Shown here: positions 51,325-59,746 of the stretch, one piece after another | How positions within the stretch are numbered: position 1 is the stretch's first letter | How the letters are laid out: each line of letters starts with the position of its first letter | NCBI GenBank assembly: GCA_030141605.1 | Contig: JAQGDQ010002385.1 | Span: forward strand, 1 to 64,000 | From: Tubiluchus corallicola | Taxonomy: Eukaryota > Animalia > Priapulida | Length of the DNA: 64,000 nucleotides | Reading direction: 5' to 3' | Position numbers and translations under genes: made by a program | The notes under the pieces: generated by a model | What the model saw: the letters and a program-made list of their open reading frames with translations, nothing else | What the model was told of the DNA's origin: nothing | Database searches by the model: none

Positions 51325-52028
51325 GTTAAGCCCTCATAGTCATAGTTAAACCCGCCCCGTGCTAAATCGCACCGCAAGAGCGGTACATTCTCTGCTGCAA
51401 AAGGATTGTCTCCCGTGATAAATCCGTAATCGGTAATCGTTCCATCAAAATACTGGTTGTGAATACCGACGGGACCAAGTCTGTCCGCTTCCAGAAGTCC
51501 CTGAAATGCACCGCTATGAGCTTCAACACTTGTTTCATGGTCAAATATGGCATCTGCCATTACATCATTGATATCCTTGACGGTGACCAGAACAATGCTT
51601 GGATCAATAATCAGGGTGACTTCTGGCGTTGCTGAAAAACCCAGAATCATCCGAATGTATAAATCTTTGCCTGATCCGCTCGTAAGTTCCGGCTTGAAAG
51701 TTTCGGGATATTTGCCGATGGCAAATAAATCACCGTCGCTGTCAAATATGCCTACCTCCCTAATATGAAACTCTCCGACATCTTCAGGAATAACAGCCTC
51801 GATGACCAGTTGATTGGGATGATTTGTATCGGTATAAACCTTGTTAATGTTTATACGAAAAACCTCATTTTTAAGTGCGGTCATATCACCGCTCGGATCA
51901 TACATAAAACCAAGCCCGTCCCCAACTGCCAGATCGGAAAGCTGCACTTGCTGAGATCCGGTAGTATGAGAGGCAGCTTCTTTTGCAAGCCCTATATCCG
52001 TGATGATTGTGTAATATTGTTGTGCCAT
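51321..52028 (-). CDS. Baseplate-anchoring tail fibre protein (P2 gpH N-terminal/DUF3751-like), short
   Basis: TIITDIG, AVGDG, L.NEV.R, IPEDVG.F.IREVG.FD..G.L.A, YPETFKP..SGSG. Confidence 0.88.
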   Translation of the reverse strand: MAQQYYTIITDIGLAKEAASHTTGSQQVQLSDLAVGDGLGFMYDPSGDMTALKNEVFRININKVYTDTNHPNQLVIEAVIPEDVGEFHIREVGIFDSDGDLFAIGKYPETFKPELTSGSGKDLYIRMILGFSATPEVTLIIDPSIVLVTVKDINDVMADAIFDHETSVEAHSGAFQGLLEADRLGPVGIHNQYFDGTITDYGFITGDNPFAAENVPLLRCDLARGGFNYDYEGLT

Positions 52029-52050
52029 AATCGCTCAGTTCCACTTCGCT

Positions 52051-52113
52051 CCAGAAGACAGATGACAGAAACCAGAAGTTAGGTGTTCTGTATTCTGTCC
52101 TCTAATTTCTGAT
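52051..52113. repeat. Inverted array of 7-mer repeats forming a hairpin
   Basis: CCAGAAG ACAGATG ACAGAAA CCAGAAG, short loop, TTCTGTA TTCTGTC CTCTAAT TTCTGAT. Confidence 0.75.
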
Positions 52114-52652
52114 TACTGTTTTGGATATATCGTTGTAATTTCACCTGAGATGCAGCCAATACCTATGAGGGGCATTTGGGTTTTTGTCGTTAAAAAAGCC
52201 TGCAAACTTTCAAGATGTGATCTTGCATTTTTTGAGGACATAATCACGGCAAACACTTCATCCATTTTCATGATGTCAAAGCCGTCCGTTACAATATCTA
52301 TAAACACACGAAAGGTGTATGGATTGCCACCGTAATAAAACCATTCTTCAACTTTTACATCATCAAATTGAAAAGCATTTAATGCCCGTTTGAGAGCTCC
52401 GATTGTGCCTTTGCGTTTATGCACCTCAAGACTTGCCTTGATTACCTCACGACGTATTTCCTCTGCCCAGTTTTCGTTCCACACATCCACCGACATTTCC
52501 CATGCAAGCCATGGAAGAATATGAGCAGGACAGGTGTCAGGATTGGTAACATATCTGTTTGGTGAACCAAGTGCAGCCATCCGTTTGGCAAATATCACCT
52601 CCAAATCTCTTTGCAATTTTGTTGCATTGGGAGGAAGAAGCGTTTCAGTCAT
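52113..52652 (-). CDS. Tail protein I (P2 gpI)
   Basis: LLPPNAT, CPAHILPWLAWE.SVD.W, H..KGT.GA, KNARSHL. Confidence 0.93.
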   Translation of the reverse strand: MTETLLPPNATKLQRDLEVIFAKRMAALGSPNRYVTNPDTCPAHILPWLAWEMSVDVWNENWAEEIRREVIKASLEVHKRKGTIGALKRALNAFQFDDVKVEEWFYYGGNPYTFRVFIDIVTDGFDIMKMDEVFAVIMSSKNARSHLESLQAFLTTKTQMPLIGIGCISGEITTIYPKQ

Positions 52653-53715
52653 AGTCCACCATTGTTGTCAGTTTGATATTTGTGCAGTAAGGAGCTTGGA
52701 TATTTGTAGTTTCAATATCTTCTGTAGGTGAAATGACCTTCACTTTTTTTACTCCCTTAGTATGAAGTGCGTCATGAATACCGGATACGGCAACCAATCC
52801 GCCGACAGTGTGGCGTTCGCTTACATACTGCTCCAAAAGTTCTCGTCCTTCATTTTCAACAACGGCAAAGGACGGTCCGGGATAAACTGTTATTTCCGCT
52901 TCAATCTCATAAGGGATAATTTCCGCAGGCTGAACCGTTACCATATCGGTTAACGGACGTTTATCCTCATCGTTGAGTTCCAGCCTGACCAACTTCAGAA
53001 CATCCGCCCTCTCATAATCAAGAAGCAGTTCGGCATTTTCTGAAATAGGACTTCCCGAAGTACGCAGCAAAAGCGAATTATCTTTATCAAAGACGTAATC
53101 AACCCCGACAGTATATGTAATATTGCCGTCCACATCCTTAACTGTAAGATTGTTGATATCCTTACCGTCTACAACAACGGCATTGTTTTTAAGTTGAACT
53201 TCAACATTTGTTAAGTTTTCCCGTTCAAGAGGTGTTCCGTCACCATCTGTTCCCAGCAGTGTTACTATTACTTCTCCGGAGTTGGGGCTGTAAACATCCA
53301 CCGATTTTACCTTTACACTGGCAGAAAGAGCATGGAATATGTATGCACCGATCGGTCCTGCTGTTGAATATCCTTCCAAAGAGAGTTGGCAACGATAACG
53401 AAGCCTGTCGTCATCTTCCCCTTCCAGTCTTTCAACGCCATAACCTGTCGCTTTATGATCAAGATCCGACCCGACAGCATAAGCCAGCAGATTGGCTTTT
53501 GCAGCTTCATTGATACGATGCCTCATCAGCATTTCACGATAGGCCGTACTTTGCAGCACTACAATCGCAGGATCGCTTTCTAGTAAAGCATCATAGCCTG
53601 GGTCTTTGCCGATAAAGGCGGAATAATATTCTTTTAAAAGTGTTTCATAATCGATATTTTCAACAATCTCAGGAGCAGGAAGTTTTGATAAATCTATAAC
53701 TGTAAAACCACTCAT
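52645..53715 (-). CDS. Baseplate J/gp47 protein with inserted domain
   Basis: IDLSKLPAPEIVE, LESDP, STAGP.GAY.FHALSA, RPLTD.V.V, QAPYCT. Confidence 0.93.
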   Translation of the reverse strand: MSGFTVIDLSKLPAPEIVENIDYETLLKEYYSAFIGKDPGYDALLESDPAIVVLQSTAYREMLMRHRINEAAKANLLAYAVGSDLDHKATGYGVERLEGEDDDRLRYRCQLSLEGYSTAGPIGAYIFHALSASVKVKSVDVYSPNSGEVIVTLLGTDGDGTPLERENLTNVEVQLKNNAVVVDGKDINNLTVKDVDGNITYTVGVDYVFDKDNSLLLRTSGSPISENAELLLDYERADVLKLVRLELNDEDKRPLTDMVTVQPAEIIPYEIEAEITVYPGPSFAVVENEGRELLEQYVSERHTVGGLVAVSGIHDALHTKGVKKVKVISPTEDIETTNIQAPYCTNIKLTTMVDYD

Positions 53716-53975
53716 TAAATACCTCCGTATTCAACTCCATGTCCCGGTTGTTCGGCAATAAAACCGAAATCTTCAAACTGCGATGCGACTTCCGATGTCA
53801 TGCCATAATCAATAACAGGAGATACAAACTGCACCTGACGAATGGAATCATCCGCCATTCTGGCATACATCACTCCGTCACTTGCATTCAATGCAAGTTC
53901 ACCTACAATCAGATCACTAACTATCGGCTTCTTACCGGGAAGAATAGAGGTTTTATGTTTGATAGTGTTTGTCAT
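53715..53975 (-). CDS. Small fibre-adaptor-like protein
   Basis: IKHK...P...L..GELALN..DG..Y N-terminal module; C-terminal DYG/DFG/EYG motifs. Confidence 0.6.
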   Translation of the reverse strand: MTNTIKHKTSILPGKKPIVSDLIVGELALNASDGVMYARMADDSIRQVQFVSPVIDYGMTSEVASQFEDFGFIAEQPGHGVEYGGI

Positions 53976-53992
53976 GTCTTTTCACTTATGAA

Positions 53993-54928
53993 TTAAAATG
54001 TTCCGCCATCAACAAGGCTGTTATTGCCAAGGAAATCAACACCTTCCTGTGCTGCTTCAACGCCGTTCTGCATTGCATTGATACGCATCATTGTTCCTGC
54101 TGCAAAAGCAGTTAAATCCGTGCCTACACCACCACGGTTAAATGGAAGCAATCCGCTAACGGTATTTTGATTGTCAAGTGGCGTTGCTCCCCAAACAGCA
54201 TCTCCTGCCCCTTGTGATATCAGGCTTTGTCCTGCCGTATTGGAGGATTTAACCGCAACTTTGTCAGAAGCATTTGTGTGAATGGTTGCATCATCAGAAT
54301 CAACGGAGACAATATCTCCTGATACAATAATACCTGCACCGCCTGTTACACCTGATAATCCGCCAAATCTATCCCAGGTAATACCATCATAGCGTTGCCA
54401 TGAATTACTGTTTTGATCCCAGACCAAAGCACCTTCACCTGCTGAAGAAATATCATAAACAACCTGAAATTCAGTACCGTCAAACTCAACTATATCGTTG
54501 TCTTCAACACCAATGATCGTGCCAAAATTGGCATGCAGATTTGTAGTATCGGTAATTAAATAACGATCACCTGTGGCAGGAGAAGAACCCGGATCAAGTG
54601 TTGCATCTGCCTGTTTTGCTAAAACATCCTTTTGAAAGTCCAGCCCCGTAATTGACTTGTCTACCTCACCACGGACATAGGCTGTTGTGGCAATTTTTGT
54701 GGAATTATCACCTGTACTTGGTGTGGGTGCCGTCGGTGTTCCAACAAATGCCGGATCAAGCAGTCTTGCAAAATTGCTTCCCGCAATATCAATAACTGCA
54801 CCACTGGTGTTTTTGACATATAGGATCAGATCGGCAAGGTTAATTGCCAATTCACCATCCTGCAATTGTGCTGGTGTTGGGACAGCTCCCTGTGTTAAAC
54901 TCCGTTTGATTTGAATAATGTTAGCCAT
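53993..54928 (-). CDS. Fibre-like protein (T4 distal-fibre-type N-terminus)
   Basis: IQIKRS...P....L.DGELAINL.D; GTPTAPT..KIATTAYV fibre repeat; ends LVDGGTF. Confidence 0.7.
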   Translation of the reverse strand: MANIIQIKRSLTQGAVPTPAQLQDGELAINLADLILYVKNTSGAVIDIAGSNFARLLDPAFVGTPTAPTPSTGDNSTKIATTAYVRGEVDKSITGLDFQKDVLAKQADATLDPGSSPATGDRYLITDTTNLHANFGTIIGVEDNDIVEFDGTEFQVVYDISSAGEGALVWDQNSNSWQRYDGITWDRFGGLSGVTGGAGIIVSGDIVSVDSDDATIHTNASDKVAVKSSNTAGQSLISQGAGDAVWGATPLDNQNTVSGLLPFNRGGVGTDLTAFAAGTMMRINAMQNGVEAAQEGVDFLGNNSLVDGGTF

Positions 54929-54956
54929 AATTATGCTCCTTTAGAATGGGTTAAGA

Positions 54957-55208
54957 TTAAAAAACTCCTCCGTCTACATCCGTTTCAAGAGGTTTGGTCT
55001 GCCATTTTGCTTCTGCTTCGTTGTAATAGATGATGTGTCCGTCCTGCTTTTCGGATAAATCCATTCCGGCAAGTTCTTCGAAACTGAAAGAAAGATGACC
55101 AGCAATGCCAATGACAGAAACCCGAACCGTTTTGCCATTCTGAAAAATAGGCATCTCTTCCGTGCCGTCAAGCACATCTGCTTTCGGTAATTTGTTAATT
55201 CTCGGCAT
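54957..55208 (-). CDS. Small fibre-adaptor-like protein
   Basis: RINKLP.A..LDG.E..PI.Q.G.T N-terminal module; ends DVDGGVF. Confidence 0.6.
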   Translation of the reverse strand: MPRINKLPKADVLDGTEEMPIFQNGKTVRVSVIGIAGHLSFSFEELAGMDLSEKQDGHIIYYNEAEAKWQTKPLETDVDGGVF

Positions 55209-55217
55209 CGTTATTCC

Positions 55218-55655
55218 TTAATTGAGTAGCGGTCTTTCATCTTCCGTAAGAATTGGTTCGCCCGTTTCGGTAAATACATCGTACCGCCTGATGTCTTCTC
55301 CTTTTGGAATTTCTCCGCCTTTTATTTCTATACCTTCAAGGGCAATGATTTTTCCGCTTACAAGATAGCGTCCTTCCAAATCTAGGGTAAGTTTACCCTG
55401 TGTTATGTTTTGTACGGTTACCTGAATCACTTCAAATCGTGGCTCCCAGTTATAGAGGGCTTCCACAACATCCGAATAAATCTCCGCAATCAAATCACCG
55501 TTTAATGGATTATCAATCCTTTCAAATAGCCTCGAACCGTAATCCCTACGCATCACTCTTGAACCGATTGGCGTGCTTAAAATATTGGCAATAGACTGTT
55601 TTAGATGAGCAATTCCTTCCAGATGCTCCCCGGTCTTTGTATTCATTCCTCGCAT
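55218..55655 (-). CDS. Baseplate wedge gpW/gp25 with C-terminal extension
   Basis: HLKQSI..IL.TP.GSRVMRRDYGS, WEPR; extra tail VFTETGEPILTED. Confidence 0.9.
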   Translation of the reverse strand: MRGMNTKTGEHLEGIAHLKQSIANILSTPIGSRVMRRDYGSRLFERIDNPLNGDLIAEIYSDVVEALYNWEPRFEVIQVTVQNITQGKLTLDLEGRYLVSGKIIALEGIEIKGGEIPKGEDIRRYDVFTETGEPILTEDERPLLN

Positions 55656-55656
55656 T

Positions 55657-56280
55657 TTATCCTGCCGTAACTTTTCCTGAACCACCTGTTATAGTGCCTC
55701 TATGTGTATTTGGATCGACCTGAACCGTATCACCTATACGGGCAACTGCGGGACCGCCTCCGGCAAGATCCGTCGCTCCGCTTCCTGCAATATTTCCTGT
55801 AATACCGACATTTCCATCCAATGTGATTTGAGGCGCTTTCACAAGAGCATTTGAAGCCTCAACATTCACATTCCCCGCAACTTTGATATTGGCATCTCCC
55901 TTAAAATCAGCACTGAAAGTTCCTGATGCTCTGTCAAATGTTACGGTAGACCCATCTGCATAATGGGTTGTGTGTATGTCTTTTGAAGAGCTTGGTGCAT
56001 TTTCCTTATAAAGAGCAGGCAGAATAATCCCTTGAGACAGATCACCACTTGGAGCAAGAACAACAACTTGTTCGCCAACATCAACAGGATGCCAGTCTTT
56101 GCTGTTTCCTGCACGACGTGTAATCCATGGAAGCCAGCCCGTAAGCAGATCACCTATCTCAACACGAGCCAAAGCTTTAGCGTAATCAGCCTCTTTAATT
56201 GTTCCCAATCGGACAAGATTTGCCAAACGCCGTGCCAGCTCGTTCATGTTGAATCCCTGCTGTTCATCAAAAAACATCAC
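55657..56280 (-). CDS. Baseplate spike gpV
   Basis: NLVRLGTI, T.WLPW..RAG, P.VGEQV, C-terminal ARIGD...GSGKV. Confidence 0.93.
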   Translation of the reverse strand: MMFFDEQQGFNMNELARRLANLVRLGTIKEADYAKALARVEIGDLLTGWLPWITRRAGNSKDWHPVDVGEQVVVLAPSGDLSQGIILPALYKENAPSSSKDIHTTHYADGSTVTFDRASGTFSADFKGDANIKVAGNVNVEASNALVKAPQITLDGNVGITGNIAGSGATDLAGGGPAVARIGDTVQVDPNTHRGTITGGSGKVTAG

Positions 56281-56447
56281 GACTCTTTTTGCTTTTTGGG
56301 TTTTTTAGGAGTATCTTTTGATATAGTTTTTTCAGATGCTCTTACACAAAAGCCACTCGTCAATAATGCAGTGGCTTTTTGGGTTTCTAATTCATAGGTC
56401 TGACCTTTTTTAAAAGCTCCTTTATCCCTGATCATAGTAATTAGCAT
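56277..56447 (-). CDS. Small lysine-rich phage protein (56 aa), missed by ORF track
   Basis: AAGGAG RBS; MLITMIRDKGAFKKGQTYEL...KKPKKQKES; stop overlaps the gpV start. Confidence 0.65.
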   Translation of the reverse strand: MLITMIRDKGAFKKGQTYELETQKATALLTSGFCVRASEKTISKDTPKKPKKQKES

Positions 56448-56946
56448 TGGTATTCTCCTTTATTGTAATATCTGTTGGTGTTAAACCATTTAAATCAGGC
56501 TGTTTGACTGCCGTTCTATAAGTAAGTGAATAGGTCAAACGCGTCACGCCATAAACCTTGCTCCCATCAATAACGGCAGAACTTTCTGTCCTTTTTAAAC
56601 GCAAGATGGAAGATTGATACATGGCAATATCCCAACCATCGAAAGCCTTCTCAATTTGAAATGCAAACAGATCAAGCTCATCATCAAGTGTTTCAGAGCC
56701 TTTAATCACCGCCTCAATATCTACAGACAGATTGCGTTTCAAAGGCGCATACCCGTCACCGTCCCATTGATCTTCCTCAATTGTTTCATCCTGCGTATAT
56801 ACAAGGATTGCAGGAAAAAACTGATCAAACAGAGGTTTGACACGACTGGCATAAACCCTGTCATCTGCCATAGTAGGAAAAACACCTTCATTAGGAGTTT
56901 TCAAGCGTTCCACAAAAGCCTTTCTGATATTTTCTCTAGGGTGCAT
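56422..56946 (-). CDS. Putative tail completion/terminator protein
   Basis: HPRENIR.A....L, RVY.SR..P, PAILVYT; position between neck genes and gpV. Confidence 0.65.
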   Translation of the reverse strand: MHPRENIRKAFVERLKTPNEGVFPTMADDRVYASRVKPLFDQFFPAILVYTQDETIEEDQWDGDGYAPLKRNLSVDIEAVIKGSETLDDELDLFAFQIEKAFDGWDIAMYQSSILRLKRTESSAVIDGSKVYGVTRLTYSLTYRTAVKQPDLNGLTPTDITIKENTNANYYDQG

Positions 56947-57313
56947 TTAAATCCTCATGTAGTACCAGTTTAAGACTGCCCGGGATATGGATCTGCACAT
57001 CAATCACCTGAAATCGAAAGCCTTCCACTTCCACACAATCTCCTTGCTGAGGCTTAGGGTAAGATTCAGGCATATCCGCTTTACGAATAAAGACTGCGAT
57101 CTGCTCGGAAGTAATGGAGGTTTCTTCCATAGTATCGGGCTGGACTTCCTCATAGCTTTTGTGAAAATCACCAGCTATGGGAAAGCTGTCAAAGACGGTA
57201 TTGGCAGGAATATACAAAATATTTCGTCCGAATATTCCCTCCTTTACATTGCCTTCCTCATCCTTTTCCCCGACGCATGCCTTGTTAATGAATGTGTCAA
57301 AATCAAACGCCAC
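56936..57313 (-). CDS. Head-tail joining protein
   Basis: P.QGD.V.V.G..F.V.DV pattern and synteny. Confidence 0.65.
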   Translation of the reverse strand: MAFDFDTFINKACVGEKDEEGNVKEGIFGRNILYIPANTVFDSFPIAGDFHKSYEEVQPDTMEETSITSEQIAVFIRKADMPESYPKPQQGDCVEVEGFRFQVIDVQIHIPGSLKLVLHEDLNAP

Positions 57314-57734
57314 TTGCTACGTCCTCATCCTGAATTTCTTCAAGCAGAAGTTCCGCTTCTTCTTTTTTCAGAAGCTCCGTGTTTACCTGTTTTCCATCCT
57401 TGTCATAAACGTTGTATTGTCCGAAGCGAACATGTTCGAGCTTTGGAAAATCGGTTTTATCAGGATCGTCTTCTTTTTTACCCTTATCTGCAGGTTGAAC
57501 CTTTTTCTTCTTCCCGACTTCTTCAAGACGATCTTCAAGAAAACGTGAAAACGTACCCTTTACGACACCGACCACTTCACCCTGCTTAAACTGGACGGGC
57601 TCTTTTACTTGAAAAGTATCTTTGCCTTTTTTAATCAGGGCATGTCCTCTGACAGACGCTTGTTCATCAGAGAGCTTCAGCACCATGCCGACCCCGAAGG
57701 TGGCATGGGCTGTTGTGATTTTATATGTTTTCAT
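57303..57734 (-). CDS. Phage hypothetical protein downstream of the capsid gene
   Basis: PVQFK.GE motif; co-oriented within the operon. Confidence 0.6.
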   Translation of the reverse strand: MKTYKITTAHATFGVGMVLKLSDEQASVRGHALIKKGKDTFQVKEPVQFKQGEVVGVVKGTFSRFLEDRLEEVGKKKKVQPADKGKKEDDPDKTDFPKLEHVRFGQYNVYDKDGKQVNTELLKKEEAELLLEEIQDEDVASGV

Positions 57735-57741
57735 AAGTCTC

Positions 57742-58707
57742 CTACAATTTTACAAGTTGAGACAAACAGGCATGCTGCCAGAAGCCGTATCCGACATTTC
57801 TCCAAGTATCGACACCGTATTGATGCTTATCTTCCTTGAATTCAAGCTCGGAACCTTCCGCAATTGCTTTTAAGACAACGGGTTTTTCTTCCTGACGAAT
57901 GAATGGACGCACTGATCCATCAATACGGAAAATAGCAAACTTGTCACTCCATGCATCAAGACGAGGATTTTGTGCCACAGCAATATCAACTTCACTTAAT
58001 ACTTTCACCATGTTGGAAGCTCCGCCGATAGTCAAAGGCACGGCAAGAGATGCCTTGGATAGATACCACATTGAAGTCGGCACCATAACCAGGAACTTTG
58101 ATGCACTCTCGTTCATAGGCTCACCCTGATCGTCCTTGTATGAAAGGATTTTCTGAATGGTTTGAAGGATTGCCAGACGAAGAGCTGCTTCACTCGGTGC
58201 ATTCGGCTCTCCTGCATCATCTGATTTTACACCCGGTAAACTATTCAGATTGACCTGGATTTTATTACTTTGAATTCCGCTTTCACCTTCCTTGTGATCT
58301 GTATCAAAGAAATACTGCCCGTCATAGCAGACAGTGCTTTCACCGTTTAAAACAAGCTTTGAAAGAAGCTGAGCCCAGTGGGTATTGGTACGATCGGCAA
58401 GTTCATCAATTCTGACATTGATCTGTCCTGTTTTATCACGACGCAAATCAACCGTTGGAATTTCAAGCGTTGCTTCAAAGTGTTTGTTTTCAATGGTCAA
58501 GCCGTTAGTTGTAAAGCCTTTTGCCTGACGACCACCGACCCATTCACGCATGACAGGAACCTGCCCGAGCCATTTGTAAGTTTCACTTTCCTGATCTGAT
58601 GTAAAGTAGTTAGAAACGGCCTCAACCCATTCCATGCCACTTTTTTGATTTAAGCGTTTATGGTAACGACCGATAATCGCTCTTGAGGATAATTCTGATA
58701 AAGCCAT
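57742..58707 (-). CDS. Major capsid protein, Mu gpT-like
   Basis: E.YKWLG..P.MREW.G.R, I.NK.FE.T, CYDGQYFFDTDH, GYGFWQ. Confidence 0.92.
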   Translation of the reverse strand: MALSELSSRAIIGRYHKRLNQKSGMEWVEAVSNYFTSDQESETYKWLGQVPVMREWVGGRQAKGFTTNGLTIENKHFEATLEIPTVDLRRDKTGQINVRIDELADRTNTHWAQLLSKLVLNGESTVCYDGQYFFDTDHKEGESGIQSNKIQVNLNSLPGVKSDDAGEPNAPSEAALRLAILQTIQKILSYKDDQGEPMNESASKFLVMVPTSMWYLSKASLAVPLTIGGASNMVKVLSEVDIAVAQNPRLDAWSDKFAIFRIDGSVRPFIRQEEKPVVLKAIAEGSELEFKEDKHQYGVDTWRNVGYGFWQHACLSQLVKL

Positions 58708-58730
58708 ATTAGTTCTCCTAAATTAAAAAA

Positions 58731-59153
58731 TTACGGTGTTACCGGTGCATGTGCATAGGCATAAAAATCAACCACTGCTTTGCCTGAAGTTTCAAGACGT
58801 GAAATCTGCCCGATATAAGTTGCCCCACCACCTGATGCCAAAGTAAAGGTGTTGTCATCAAGTGCATAAACAGGCTTGCCGACATCTGCCAAAGTCACGC
58901 CTGCTATATCAAGCAGAATTGCTCCTTTTTTGCGAACACGGATATTTTTTTCACCATCTCCGCCGTTTACATTATCAGCATGTCTGTCTGCAAAACCTCG
59001 AAAAGCATCACCTGACTGAAGTCCGCGAGAATAACCTGAACCGTTATCACCAACTGCAGCACCTTCATAAATGATAGTATTTGCAGCAACAGGAAATTCG
59101 TTGGTCACCCCGAGTTCATAAACACGAGGTGTATCTGTTGTTAAAGCTGTCAT
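58731..59153 (-). CDS. Capsid decoration/cement-like protein
   Basis: PVAA...IYEGA.V, DVGKPVYA.DD.T. Confidence 0.65.
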   Translation of the reverse strand: MTALTTDTPRVYELGVTNEFPVAANTIIYEGAAVGDNGSGYSRGLQSGDAFRGFADRHADNVNGGDGEKNIRVRKKGAILLDIAGVTLADVGKPVYALDDNTFTLASGGGATYIGQISRLETSGKAVVDFYAYAHAPVTP

Positions 59154-59746
59154 TATTTACCTCCACCTAATATTCTGACCTGACCACTCTCATCGGCTTT
59201 TTTGAAAGCAAGATAAGCTTCAAAATCATCACCGAACTCAGCACGGAGTTTTGGGCATTTATCCCATTCCGCCTTGGCTCTGTCTTCAAGTGGAGCATTC
59301 GGGTCAACCTTGTTTTCATCAGCAGTTTTTGCAACACTCGGCTTGATTTCAGGAAGTTTGTCTTCCGCAGCTTTAGCAGCTTTTAAGAAATCCCCGCCTT
59401 TTGCTTTTTCTGCTGCAACAATAGCAAGAGCCAGCTTTTCAGCTGTCATTTCAGGATCAGATTTTGCCTTTGCAACCAAATCTTCATGTCCCGGAAGAGA
59501 TGCCTCCTCAATTGCAGTCAAGCGATTACGTTCAGCCTCTGCTCCTTCTTTAACACCAAGAGCTTTAGCCTCAATAGCCCCTTTATCCTGACCTTCATTA
59601 AAACCTTCTTGTTTGAAAGCTTCATAAATGGCAGAAAAATCTTTTTTGATATAGTCCGCCGTGATCTGCTCTTTCAAAACAGCATTAGCTGGCACAGCAT
59701 TTGCCGGTACAGCATTAGCTGGTAAAGTTTCATTTGTTTTATTCAT
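59153..59746 (-). CDS. Nested in-frame scaffold protein (Nu3-like)
   Basis: AAAGGAG RBS (~59755-59761) before in-frame ATG 59746 (MNKTNETL...). Confidence 0.65.
   Translation of the reverse strand: MNKTNETLPANAVPANAVPANAVLKEQITADYIKKDFSAIYEAFKQEGFNEGQDKGAIEAKALGVKEGAEAERNRLTAIEEASLPGHEDLVAKAKSDPEMTAEKLALAIVAAEKAKGGDFLKAAKAAEDKLPEIKPSVAKTADENKVDPNAPLEDRAKAEWDKCPKLRAEFGDDFEAYLAFKKADESGQVRILGGGK

Noticed and set aside
48139-52113. Diversity-generating retroelement suggested by Mtd_N domains and the heptamer hairpin
   Set aside because: No reverse transcriptase, Avd ORF or adenine-mismatched TR/VR pair seen in this window
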